Assembly (NCBI GenBank): GCA_040753215.1
Contig: JBFMEZ010000023.1
Span: 1-31,097, forward strand
Origin: Candidatus Micrarchaeota archaeon
Lineage (GTDB): Archaea > Micrarchaeota > Micrarchaeia > Anstonellales > Bilamarchaeaceae
Direction of reading: 5' to 3'
Length of the DNA stretch: 31,097 bases
The position numbers and the translations under genes were made by a program. The notes beneath the pieces were generated by a model that worked only from the letters and a program-made list of their open reading frames with translations, was not told where the DNA came from and made no database searches. Of this stretch, positions 21,786-29,920 are shown piece after piece. Positions within the stretch are counted from its first letter, which is position 1, and the number at the start of each line of letters is the position of its first letter.

Positions 21786-24071
21786 CTAAAGCTCCTCAAC
21801 GGCCGTCGCACCGCCTGTTTCCTTGTCCCTCGTAAACCTGTAGCTCCTCGCGAATTCCGAGTTCATCAGGTTCTCTTCGTGCGTAATCACGAACGCCTGC
21901 TCCACGAGCTGCGGGACCCTGCTCTCCAGCGCTTCTGCAAGCGCCTGCACCGACCCGCCGTCAAGGTTGTGCGTCGGCTCGTCCAGCATGAGCAATCCGG
22001 CTCCTGGCGCCAGCACGGTTGCCAGCGCAATCCTAAGTGTCAGCGAAAGGCACGCCCTCTCCCCGCCGCTCGCCACCTTTTCCAGCCGCCTCCACTCGCC
22101 ATCATAAACCTCGAAGGCGTAATCCTCCTCGCCGGCCGCAATCCTGAGCTGCCTGTAATCCGCGTAGGGATAGAGGATGGGCCATATCCCGTTCATCGCC
22201 GCGTTTATCGCCTCCACCAGTTCGCCCCTCAGCTCCGCCTGCGCCCCGCTGATGGCGTTTTTCATTATCGCAAGCTGCTCCAGCATCCCGCCCCTCTTCC
22301 TTATCTCCGCGCCCATCGCCTCCAGCGCCGCCGCTTCCTTTTCCAGGACCCCGACAATCTCTCCAATCGATATGATTTCCCCCCTCGCCTCCCGCGCCTT
22401 GCCTTCGGCCCTTTCCAGTTCGACCATAAGTTCCCTTGCCCTGTAATCCAGCCTTTCATACTCTTTCACGCTGAACGCTATGCTTTTCCACTCCTCCTCC
22501 AGCTCCGAAGCCCTTCCACGCGCTTTCTCCAGGTTTTTCCTCTTCTCAAGCAGCCCCTCCATCTCCCTGAGCGCCAGCAGCAGCTCCCGCGCCCTTCCCT
22601 CCAGTCTCCTCCTCTTCTCCTTCAGCTCCGCAATCTTCCTTGCACGCCCCTCAATCCTTTTCCTAGCCTCCCCCAGCCCGGCCGCAATCACTCCGGCATC
22701 CTCAATCTCCGCCCTGGCCTTCTGCCCGGCGCCTGCGGCCTCCCTCAGTGTTTTTTTCGCATACAGGAGCTCCCTTTCCAGCTCCGATACCTTCCTGCGC
22801 AGCCCAGACGCCTTCGCCCTCTTCCCCTTCGCAAGCTCCGCCCTCTCCTTCCTTATATGTGCGGCCCTGTCCTTCCCAAGCTCCGAGCCGCACACCGGGC
22901 AGCACGCCTTGCCTTCCAGCCCGCCAAGGTACTTCTCCATATCTTCTGCTTCCGCGAGCAGCGATTTCGCCTGCGAGCCCAGCTCCACCATCTCCAGTTC
23001 CAGCCCCTTCTCCCTCTCCTCCCATTCCCTTGCGCTCTTCCCGCCAAGAATCCTTTCCAGCGCTTTCACGGCTTCCTCCTTCTCCCTCCGGGCCTTCTCC
23101 GCATTCTTCATCCTGCCCTCAAGCTCCCCGGACTCCTTCAACAGGGATGATTCTTCCTTCTCAAGCGCAGCGATTTCCCTTCCCGCCCCCTCCAGTTCCG
23201 CCTCGGCCTCCCCCAGCTCCGCCTTCTTCTCCGCGACCCTCTCTGCGCCCGCCTCCTTTCCTTCCAGGTCCGCTTCCAGCGCCTCCACCCTCGCCTTCTC
23301 CCTCCCAAGCGCCTCGCCCGCCCTCTCCTTCCTCTCTTTTTTTCTCTTCATCTCTATCAGTTCTTTTTCCGCTGCCCGTGCCTCCTTCCTCTTCCCCTCC
23401 AGCTCCAGCTCCGCCCTCTCCGCCTTCCTCTCCGCTTCCCTCAGCAGCCTCCTCTTCTCCCCCAGGCTCCCCGCAATCTCCGCATGCCTCGCCCCGTCAT
23501 ATTTCTGCATAAGCGCTTTCCGCTCGCCCTCAAGCCGGTTCATCACCCGCACTATGTTCGCCCTCGCTTCCTCAAACCTGTCCAGCCCCATCAGCCCGTC
23601 CATCTCCCTCTTCCTTCGCCCCGCATCCAGCTCAAGGAAGTAGCCGATATTGTTCTGCTCCGAATACACCGCCCTGCTGAAAAGGTCGAAGCCGAACCCC
23701 AGCCTCTCCTCCACCGCCGCGCTCACCCTGCTCTGGCCGGACTCAAGGACCTTCCCGTCCTCATACATCTTCGCAGCGGCCTCAACCTCCCTTCCGAGCC
23801 TCAGCGCCCTCACCACCCGGTAATTCTTCCCGCCGTGCACAAACTCCAGTGCGACCTGCGCCTCCTTCCCGCCATGCCTCAGCACGTCTTCCATGCCTAC
23901 GCTTTTCCTCCTGAGCGCGGGGAAAGTGCCATACAGGGCATAGCATATCCCGTCCAGAATAGCTGATTTTCCGCTTCCCATTATGCCCACAATAAGGTTC
24001 GTCCCTTTCCCGAACTGGAGCTTCGTGTGCTCATGCGACCTCCAGTTTTTCAGTTCCAGGGACGTTATCAT
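21786..24071 (-). CDS. rad50: Rad50 / SbcC-like SMC-family ATPase
   Basis: Walker A GIMGSGKS, Q-loop YSEQ, long coiled coil with central zinc hook CPVC, signature SGGE, Walker B LDEPT, ITH. Confidence 0.9.
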   Translation of the reverse strand: MITSLELKNWRSHEHTKLQFGKGTNLIVGIMGSGKSAILDGICYALYGTFPALRRKSVGMEDVLRHGGKEAQVALEFVHGGKNYRVVRALRLGREVEAAAKMYEDGKVLESGQSRVSAAVEERLGFGFDLFSRAVYSEQNNIGYFLELDAGRRKREMDGLMGLDRFEEARANIVRVMNRLEGERKALMQKYDGARHAEIAGSLGEKRRLLREAERKAERAELELEGKRKEARAAEKELIEMKRKKERKERAGEALGREKARVEALEADLEGKEAGAERVAEKKAELGEAEAELEGAGREIAALEKEESSLLKESGELEGRMKNAEKARREKEEAVKALERILGGKSAREWEEREKGLELEMVELGSQAKSLLAEAEDMEKYLGGLEGKACCPVCGSELGKDRAAHIRKERAELAKGKRAKASGLRRKVSELERELLYAKKTLREAAGAGQKARAEIEDAGVIAAGLGEARKRIEGRARKIAELKEKRRRLEGRARELLLALREMEGLLEKRKNLEKARGRASELEEEWKSIAFSVKEYERLDYRARELMVELERAEGKAREARGEIISIGEIVGVLEKEAAALEAMGAEIRKRGGMLEQLAIMKNAISGAQAELRGELVEAINAAMNGIWPILYPYADYRQLRIAAGEEDYAFEVYDGEWRRLEKVASGGERACLSLTLRIALATVLAPGAGLLMLDEPTHNLDGGSVQALAEALESRVPQLVEQAFVITHEENLMNSEFARSYRFTRDKETGGATAVEEL

Positions 24072-24121
24072 CGCCCCTATTTATCAAATAAATATTAAGA
24101 ACGCAGCGCCATCCGGTTTCC

Positions 24122-24353
24122 TAGGGTGTTGCAAATTTAAAACCGATGCCCGTTAGCTGTTGCCACCCGGTCTTGCAGTTGTCTCCAGGTCTTGCATGGT
24201 CTCCAGGTCTTGCATGGTCTTCAGGTCTTGTGTGACTTTCAGGACCCTCAGGACAACTCAAGACTTCACGCCGTGGAGGTTCACCAGACTCCAAGACCCC
24301 CAAGACTAGGAGACCACAGGGATTATGCCGCATTCGTAATTTGCAACAGGCTC
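24122..24353. mobile_element. MITE copy 2 (232 bp)
   Basis: Same TIRs and body as 17335-17548, with one extra 18-bp internal unit and a few substitutions. Flanks GGTTTCC / GGTTTTC match at 6 of 7 positions. Confidence 0.88.
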
Positions 24354-24404
24354 GGTTTTCGGCATCCAGCAGCCCTTATAATATTTATCCTCCATTCTTC
24401 CCCC

Positions 24405-25499
24405 ATGAGAATGATTGCATTATTATTCCTTGGCGCAATGTTTCTGTTTCTCGGCTGCGTGCTGCAGCCCGAGCAGCCCCCGCAGCAGGAGGCCCCGCCG
24501 CAGCAGGAGCCGCCCCGCGAAGTGTTCTGCTCCGACGGCACCCCCGCGGATTCCTGTTCCCCAGCCAAGCCCTTCTATTGCACGAATTCCGGCGCCCTTA
24601 TAGAGGACCCGGAGTTCTGCGGCTGCCCCTCAGGCACTGCGCTCCAGGATGAGGACTGCGTTTCGCTCTGCTCCGACGGCACCCTGCCCGGAAGGTGCTC
24701 GCAGGACCGGCCGTTCTTCTGCACCGATAACTCCACGCTTGTTGAGATGGCATCGAGGTGCGGCTGCCCCTCCGGCGCAACGCGCTCAGGGGACACCTGC
24801 GCATTCTTATGCTCCGATAGAACGCCCGCAGGGGAATGCTCCCCCTCCCAGCCCTATTACTGCACCGAAACCCTCGCCCTCTACCCGGACCCCGGAAGGT
24901 GCGGCTGCCCGCCCGGGACGATTGAAATCGGCGGCGCGTGCGCCGAGGCAAAATGCATTGACGGGACGCCGGTCGGCACCTGCGCCTCCTTCCCCCCCAA
25001 CTATTGCAACGAGGAGCTTGAACTGGTGCTGAACCCCGCGGCCTGCGGCTGCACCGATGACACCATACTCAGCGCGGACAATTCAACCTGCGTAGGCCTG
25101 CGCAGTTCCTCCCAGCGCGAGGACGAATATTCTGAGGTTGCTCCCGGCGTTTCCATGCGGGTGAGGAATTCCGAGCACATCGAGTGCGAGAACGCCGATT
25201 ACATAAGCGTCGACCTCAGCATGGAGAACGAAGGCGCCTCCCCGTTATCAGTATCCGAAGGCGACGTGCCGCTCCTCTTCGTCGCTGAAAACGACGGCTG
25301 GAAATGGCTGCCGGTCCGGTACCCGGAAAACGATTCCTATTGCGATGAGGTCGCGCCATTCCCGTTCGGGCGTTCCATAGAGCCGGGCTCCACAGATGCG
25401 GGCATCGTATGGTACAGGCTCGTAGAATTCGACAGGTACGGCGCCTATTACGTATATTACAAAACAGCAAAGCGCGTGAGGCTCGGCCCCATGGAGTAG
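24405..25499 (+). CDS. Cys-rich repeat lipoprotein (four ~47-aa CxDGT six-Cys repeats plus C-terminal Ig-like domain)
   Basis: Lipobox-like MRMIALLFLGAMFLFLGC and repeats CSDGT...CS...PFYC...CGCP.G...C. TATA-like CTTATAAT upstream. Confidence 0.82.
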   Translation: MRMIALLFLGAMFLFLGCVLQPEQPPQQEAPPQQEPPREVFCSDGTPADSCSPAKPFYCTNSGALIEDPEFCGCPSGTALQDEDCVSLCSDGTLPGRCSQDRPFFCTDNSTLVEMASRCGCPSGATRSGDTCAFLCSDRTPAGECSPSQPYYCTETLALYPDPGRCGCPPGTIEIGGACAEAKCIDGTPVGTCASFPPNYCNEELELVLNPAACGCTDDTILSADNSTCVGLRSSSQREDEYSEVAPGVSMRVRNSEHIECENADYISVDLSMENEGASPLSVSEGDVPLLFVAENDGWKWLPVRYPENDSYCDEVAPFPFGRSIEPGSTDAGIVWYRLVEFDRYGAYYVYYKTAKRVRLGPME

Positions 25500-25525
25500 C
25501 CGGTTTCCTGTTTCCCGTTCCCGGG
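25500..25525 (+). repeat. Degenerate 7-nt tandem repeat, intergenic
   Basis: CCGGTTT CCTGTTT CCCGTTC CCGGG immediately after a stop codon. Confidence 0.7.
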
Positions 25526-25570
25526 CATTCATGCCTATCTTTATAAGATTTCTTTCCTTACTCTTTTTCC

Positions 25571-26671
25571 ATGAGATACGCAATCGCATCCCTTGTACTG
25601 CTGCTTCTGCTTTTCGGCTGCACCCTTCCCCCCGCGCTATCCGGCCCCCAGCCCCCGGTTTCCGGTTCCCAGTACCCGGTTTCCGGAGCAGAAGCAACCT
25701 GCTCCGATGGCACTTCTCTTGGCGCCTGCTCTTCCAGCAAGCCCTTCTTCTGCACCGCCTCAGGCGTTCTCGAATCCCGCCCCTCCCTCTGCGGCTGCCC
25801 CTCCGGCTCCGTCCTCCGCGGAGAAGAGTGCATCTCCTCCTGTGAGGATGAAACCCCACTCAACTCCTGCTCTCCCACCCGCCCGTTCTATTGCAACCAG
25901 TATGGCTCAATAGTGGAAAAGGCCTCGGAGTGCGGATGCCCCTCCAATGCAATCCGCTCCGGAGAAAGCTGCATCCCCGCATGTTCCGATGGCACTCTTC
26001 CCAGCCAGTGCTCCTCCACAAAGCCTTACTATTGCACCGAATCCCTCACCCTCACCCCCGACCCGGAGAGGTGCGGCTGCCCCTCAGGCACAGTTCTCAG
26101 TGAAGGAGAGTGCAAGGCTGCAAAATGCATCGATGACACTCCGGTAGGCGGCTGCTCCGCAAACATGCTCCCGATGTACTGCGATGAAACCCTCACCCTG
26201 GTCCGCAACCCGCGCGTGTGCGGCTGCCTTGCAGATGAAATCCTGAGCGAGGACGAATCCCAGTGTCTAGACCCCGATGCCCTTGTCTATGAAGAAGGCG
26301 ACACATTCAAGGTTTTCGGGGACGCTTACATGCGCATAGATGAGGCAGAATGGGTGGAATGCGCCACAGGGGATTACATCCGCCTGCGCCTGCAGATAGA
26401 CAACTCAGAAGGCGATTCCCCATACGGGATTTATCCTTCCGAGTTCCGCCTCCTCCAGATTGCGCACGGCTCCCAGACAGGCACCTGGATTAGTGTCGGA
26501 TATCCATCCCACGATGGCCTCTGCGCCGAGCCAAACCAATTCGCCTGGACCTACACAATGCCCGGAGACATAAACACGGGCATGGTCTGGTTCAGGCTCC
26601 CGGGCTTCTACGATTCCAACCTGGAGTACTCCGTCTATTATAAGGGTATAAGGATAGAGCTCAGCCCCTGA
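25571..26671 (+). CDS. Cys-rich repeat lipoprotein, tandem paralog of 24405-25499
   Basis: MRYAIASLVLLLLLFGC signal, the same four CxDxT repeats and a similar C-terminal domain (G.VW.RL...Y.VYYK). Confidence 0.85.
   Translation: MRYAIASLVLLLLLFGCTLPPALSGPQPPVSGSQYPVSGAEATCSDGTSLGACSSSKPFFCTASGVLESRPSLCGCPSGSVLRGEECISSCEDETPLNSCSPTRPFYCNQYGSIVEKASECGCPSNAIRSGESCIPACSDGTLPSQCSSTKPYYCTESLTLTPDPERCGCPSGTVLSEGECKAAKCIDDTPVGGCSANMLPMYCDETLTLVRNPRVCGCLADEILSEDESQCLDPDALVYEEGDTFKVFGDAYMRIDEAEWVECATGDYIRLRLQIDNSEGDSPYGIYPSEFRLLQIAHGSQTGTWISVGYPSHDGLCAEPNQFAWTYTMPGDINTGMVWFRLPGFYDSNLEYSVYYKGIRIELSP
25638..25689 (+). repeat. Degenerate 7-nt tandem repeat, in frame in lipoprotein linker
   Basis: ..CCGGTTT CCGGTTC CCAGTAC CCGGTTT CCGGAGC encodes PVSGSQYPVSG. 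Confidence 0.7.
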
Positions 26672-26673
26672 GC

Positions 26674-28281
26674 TCATAGCGGATTGCAGTACCCTACTCC
26701 GTCCGCATCCTCCACACATCCGTCCGGGCATGTGCGTATCTCGTACACTATCTCATTTCCCGAGCAGTAATACTCGTAGAGGTCTATAGGGTCCATCGGG
26801 TCGCAGCTGTCCGGCTGGGAAACCGTCCCCTTGGAAGCAATCCCCGGCACTATGTAATTCCTCCCCCCGTCGCTGTCGCTGCAAGTCGCCTCTATGCACC
26901 TGTCTCCGCTGCATACCTGCTCCGCGCCGCAGGCGATGGTCTGCGTATTTATCTTGAGATCGCTGCAGTATTTCTCCCTCACGCTGCGCCCGTCCGCGGT
27001 GCAGCTGTCGCTCTCGCTGTAGCTGTAGCCGTTCTCGGTCCAGAGCCGCGCGGTCCCGTAGGTGTCCTTGTCCCTTCCCCCGTCGCTGTCCTCGCAGTAG
27101 GCGGGCGAGCACTCGTTGCCGTAGCAGAGCTCGCTGTAGTCCGTGCACCTGATGCTCGTGTTCATTATCCTGGACCCGCTGCAGAAATACTCTGTCAGAT
27201 AATAAAGGTCGGTGCAGGAATCGGAATTCCTGCCTGAGCCGGCAGTAACTGTCCCGTAGGTCCCCCTCACGTTCCCCCCGTCCGTGTCCGAGCATGTTAT
27301 CCTTACGCACTCCCCTCCCTCGCAGACCTCGGTGCTGCTGCAGTCCATCCTCGTGCTCTGCGCCTCATTGCCGTCGCAATAGTATTCCTTCACCGTATCC
27401 TCGTCGTAGCACTCGTCCTCCCACTCGCCGCTCCCCTTGCTCACGGTCCCGAACTCGTCCTCGTCCCTCCCCCCGTCCGTGTCCCTGCAAATGTACTCGA
27501 GGCACGCCCCGTTGCTGCAGTAGAATCCGTCCCCGCAACTGGCCAGCGCCTGCGCCATGTTGTCCCCGGAGCAGTAGTATTCCCTCACGCTCGAGGTCCC
27601 TGAGCAGTAATCCGTATAAGTCGCATTGTCCTCCCTCACCGTCCCCCTCTCATAGACGTTGAAGCCCGCATCCGTGTCCGAACACGGAAGGAGCACGCAC
27701 TCCCCGTTGAGGCACGTCCTTCCCCCGGTGCATGCCAGCGCTATGCTCGCTATCCTGTTTTCCGAGCAGTAGTATTCGGTAAGGGTTGCGGAATCCAAGC
27801 ACTCGTCCATGCTGCTCGCATCCCCCCTGCTCGTTGTCCCCCTCTCATCCGCCGCCTGCCCGTTATCGCTGTCCCTGCACTGCTGGGTTATGCAAGCGCC
27901 CCCGGAGCATTCCGTCCCCTCCGGGCAGGAAACCCTCTCGCTCTGTATCTCATTATCTACGCAATAATACTCATATACGCTGCCCGTGGTGGCGCACGAG
28001 TCGTTGAACACCTGCTCCCCCTTCGCGGTGGTGCCCGCCTCCAGGGCATTCTTCCCGCTGTCCGAATCCGTGCACTGCGCAGAAGTCACATTCCCCGCGC
28101 ATGCACCCTCATACGCGACGCTCACGTTCACCTGCCTCGCAAAGCACGCGTTCGTATAAGTGTTCCCATCGCTCCCGCACACATACGCGCGCTCCGTCCC
28201 GCACTCCTCCGGCGCCCCAAAGAAGGTGCATCCTGAAAGAATAATCCCCAAAACCACCGCAATTACAAGAAGAGCTCTCAT
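26674..28281 (-). CDS. Cys-rich surface lipoprotein with a Kazal-type domain and seven CxD(S/T)DxG repeats
   Basis: Signal MRALLVIAVVLGIILSGC, Kazal VCGSDGNTYTNAC...YEGAC, seven repeats of about 65 aa (CxDSDGG...G......D.C......EYYC...C...C..G.C). Confidence 0.85.
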   Translation of the reverse strand: MRALLVIAVVLGIILSGCTFFGAPEECGTERAYVCGSDGNTYTNACFARQVNVSVAYEGACAGNVTSAQCTDSDSGKNALEAGTTAKGEQVFNDSCATTGSVYEYYCVDNEIQSERVSCPEGTECSGGACITQQCRDSDNGQAADERGTTSRGDASSMDECLDSATLTEYYCSENRIASIALACTGGRTCLNGECVLLPCSDTDAGFNVYERGTVREDNATYTDYCSGTSSVREYYCSGDNMAQALASCGDGFYCSNGACLEYICRDTDGGRDEDEFGTVSKGSGEWEDECYDEDTVKEYYCDGNEAQSTRMDCSSTEVCEGGECVRITCSDTDGGNVRGTYGTVTAGSGRNSDSCTDLYYLTEYFCSGSRIMNTSIRCTDYSELCYGNECSPAYCEDSDGGRDKDTYGTARLWTENGYSYSESDSCTADGRSVREKYCSDLKINTQTIACGAEQVCSGDRCIEATCSDSDGGRNYIVPGIASKGTVSQPDSCDPMDPIDLYEYYCSGNEIVYEIRTCPDGCVEDADGVGYCNPL

Positions 28282-28409
28282 GTGCAGATATTCAAAGAAT
28301 AAGATTTTAAAGATAGGTTTAATAACAGCCGAAGCGTAATATTCTTGCATGATGACAAAGGTGATCGCTGAGCCGAAAGGCAATGAAGAATGATAGGCGG
28401 TCTGATCTA

Positions 28410-28447
28410 AGTTCCCAGTTTCCTGTTTTCGGTTCCCGGTTATCCAG
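28410..28447 (+). repeat. Degenerate 7-nt tandem repeat, intergenic upstream of hydG
   Basis: AGTTC CCAGTTT CCTGTTT TCGGTTC CCGGTTA TCCAG. Confidence 0.7.
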
Positions 28448-28510
28448 GGGACATTACTTTGATTAACCTACCCATATACCTTTTTATTCGCAATCCACCA
28501 AACCCCTTCT

Positions 28511-29920
28511 ATGCCTTTCCGCCCGGATTCCGGCTCATTAAAGAAATCCCTGAAAGAAGGAAAAAAATCCGCCAAAAATCCAAAATCTATAGAAGATATC
28601 CTTGAAAAAGCCCTTGAGGCAAAGGGGCTGGAGCCCTTCGAGTCTGCCGCCCTCATCCACGCCCCGGCTTCCCTTAACCTCCCAATCTTCTCCGCAGCAA
28701 AAAGAGTAAAAGAAAAGATTTACGGCCGCCGCATCGTGCTCTTTGCCCCCCTCTACATCTCCAATTCCTGCATAAACAACTGCCTCTACTGCGGCTTCCG
28801 CTCGGGAAATCCCTCCCTCCGCCGCATCCTTCTCACAAAGGAGGAGGTTGCAAAGGAGGCCGAGGCAATCCTTTCCGAAGGCCACAAGCGCATCCTCCTC
28901 GTCGCATCCGAGGACCCACGCCTGAACGGAAAAGCCCTTGCAGAATACATCCGCGCAGCATACGAAGCCCGCTCCGGAAAGAGCAACATCCGCCGCATAA
29001 ACGTGAATGCAGCCCCCATGCCCACAGAAGATTTCAAAGAGCTTAAATCCGCGGGAATAGGCACCTACCAGTGCTTCCAGGAAACCTACGATGAAAACAT
29101 CTACGCATCCGCCCACCCCTCCGGCCCGAAGAGGGATTTCCGCAACAGGATAGATGCGATGGAGCGCGCCTTCAGCGCAGGCATCGATGATTTGGGCTTC
29201 GGTGCGCTCTTCGGCCTTGCGGACTGGCGCTTCGATGCGCTCGCCCTCCTCTCCCACGGCTTCTATTTTGATAAGGAATACGGAGTGGGCCCCCACACGC
29301 TCTCCGTCCCGAGGATAGAGCCCGCGGAGAACGCCCCCCTCTCCCTCCGCCCGCCCCACTCTCTCCCCGACCAGGATTTCAAAAGGCTAATCGCAGTCTT
29401 CCGGCTCTCAATGCCCTACACAGGGATGATTCTCAGCACAAGGGAATCCGCGGAAATGAGGAACGAATGCTTCCACCTTGGAATCTCCCAGATAAGCTCC
29501 CATTCCAGAACAAACCCCGGAGGCTATTCCGGTTCCCAGTTACCGGTTTCCAGTTCCCAACATCCAGCAGCCGGTTCCCAATTTGAGGTTTCCGACTCCC
29601 GCACAACCGATGAGGTGGTTGCCTCCCTCCTTAAGGACGGCTTCCTCCCCAGCTTCTGCACCTCGTGCTACCGCTCCGGCCGCACCGGCGATGCATTCAT
29701 GGCCCTCGCCAAAAAGGGCCTCATCCAGGATTTCTGCCAGCCCAACGCAATCCTCACTTTCCAGGAATACGTCTCGGACTACGGCTCAGCGCGCGTGAAA
29801 AATCTCTGGAAAGAAAGAATAAAAGAAGAACTGGGCAGAATAAAAAACACGAAGCGCAGGGCGCACGCCCGCGAAAAATTAGAGGTAATAAAAAATGGAA
29901 AAAGAGACCTGTTCTTCTGA
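28511..29920 (+). CDS. hydG: [FeFe]-hydrogenase H-cluster radical SAM maturase HydG
   Basis: LFAPLYISNSCINNCLYCGF, IRRINVN, FQETY, GVGPHTLSVPR and a C-terminal CX2CX22C (CTSC...FCQPNA) auxiliary-cluster motif that distinguishes HydG from ThiH. Confidence 0.93.
   Translation: MPFRPDSGSLKKSLKEGKKSAKNPKSIEDILEKALEAKGLEPFESAALIHAPASLNLPIFSAAKRVKEKIYGRRIVLFAPLYISNSCINNCLYCGFRSGNPSLRRILLTKEEVAKEAEAILSEGHKRILLVASEDPRLNGKALAEYIRAAYEARSGKSNIRRINVNAAPMPTEDFKELKSAGIGTYQCFQETYDENIYASAHPSGPKRDFRNRIDAMERAFSAGIDDLGFGALFGLADWRFDALALLSHGFYFDKEYGVGPHTLSVPRIEPAENAPLSLRPPHSLPDQDFKRLIAVFRLSMPYTGMILSTRESAEMRNECFHLGISQISSHSRTNPGGYSGSQLPVSSSQHPAAGSQFEVSDSRTTDEVVASLLKDGFLPSFCTSCYRSGRTGDAFMALAKKGLIQDFCQPNAILTFQEYVSDYGSARVKNLWKERIKEELGRIKNTKRRAHAREKLEVIKNGKRDLFF
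29529..29581 (+). repeat. Degenerate 7-nt tandem repeat, in frame in hydG
   Basis: CCGGTTC CCAGTTA CCGGTTT CCAGTTC CCAACAT CCAGCAG CCGGTTC CCA. Confidence 0.75.

Noticed and set aside
21879..23643. Long + strand ORFs (423, 387, 254 aa) opposite rad50
   Set aside because: These are low-complexity Ser/Pro/Leu shadows of the purine-rich coiled-coil coding strand.
17335..24353. Repeated element with internal short repeats considered as a CRISPR array
   Set aside because: There are no identical 25-40 nt repeats separated by unique spacers and no cas genes; TIRs and a target duplication indicate a MITE.
24192..24404. 71-aa N-terminal extension of the Cys-rich lipoprotein in the ORF track
   Set aside because: It reads through the MITE from a TTG. 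The signal peptide and TATA box point to ATG 24405.
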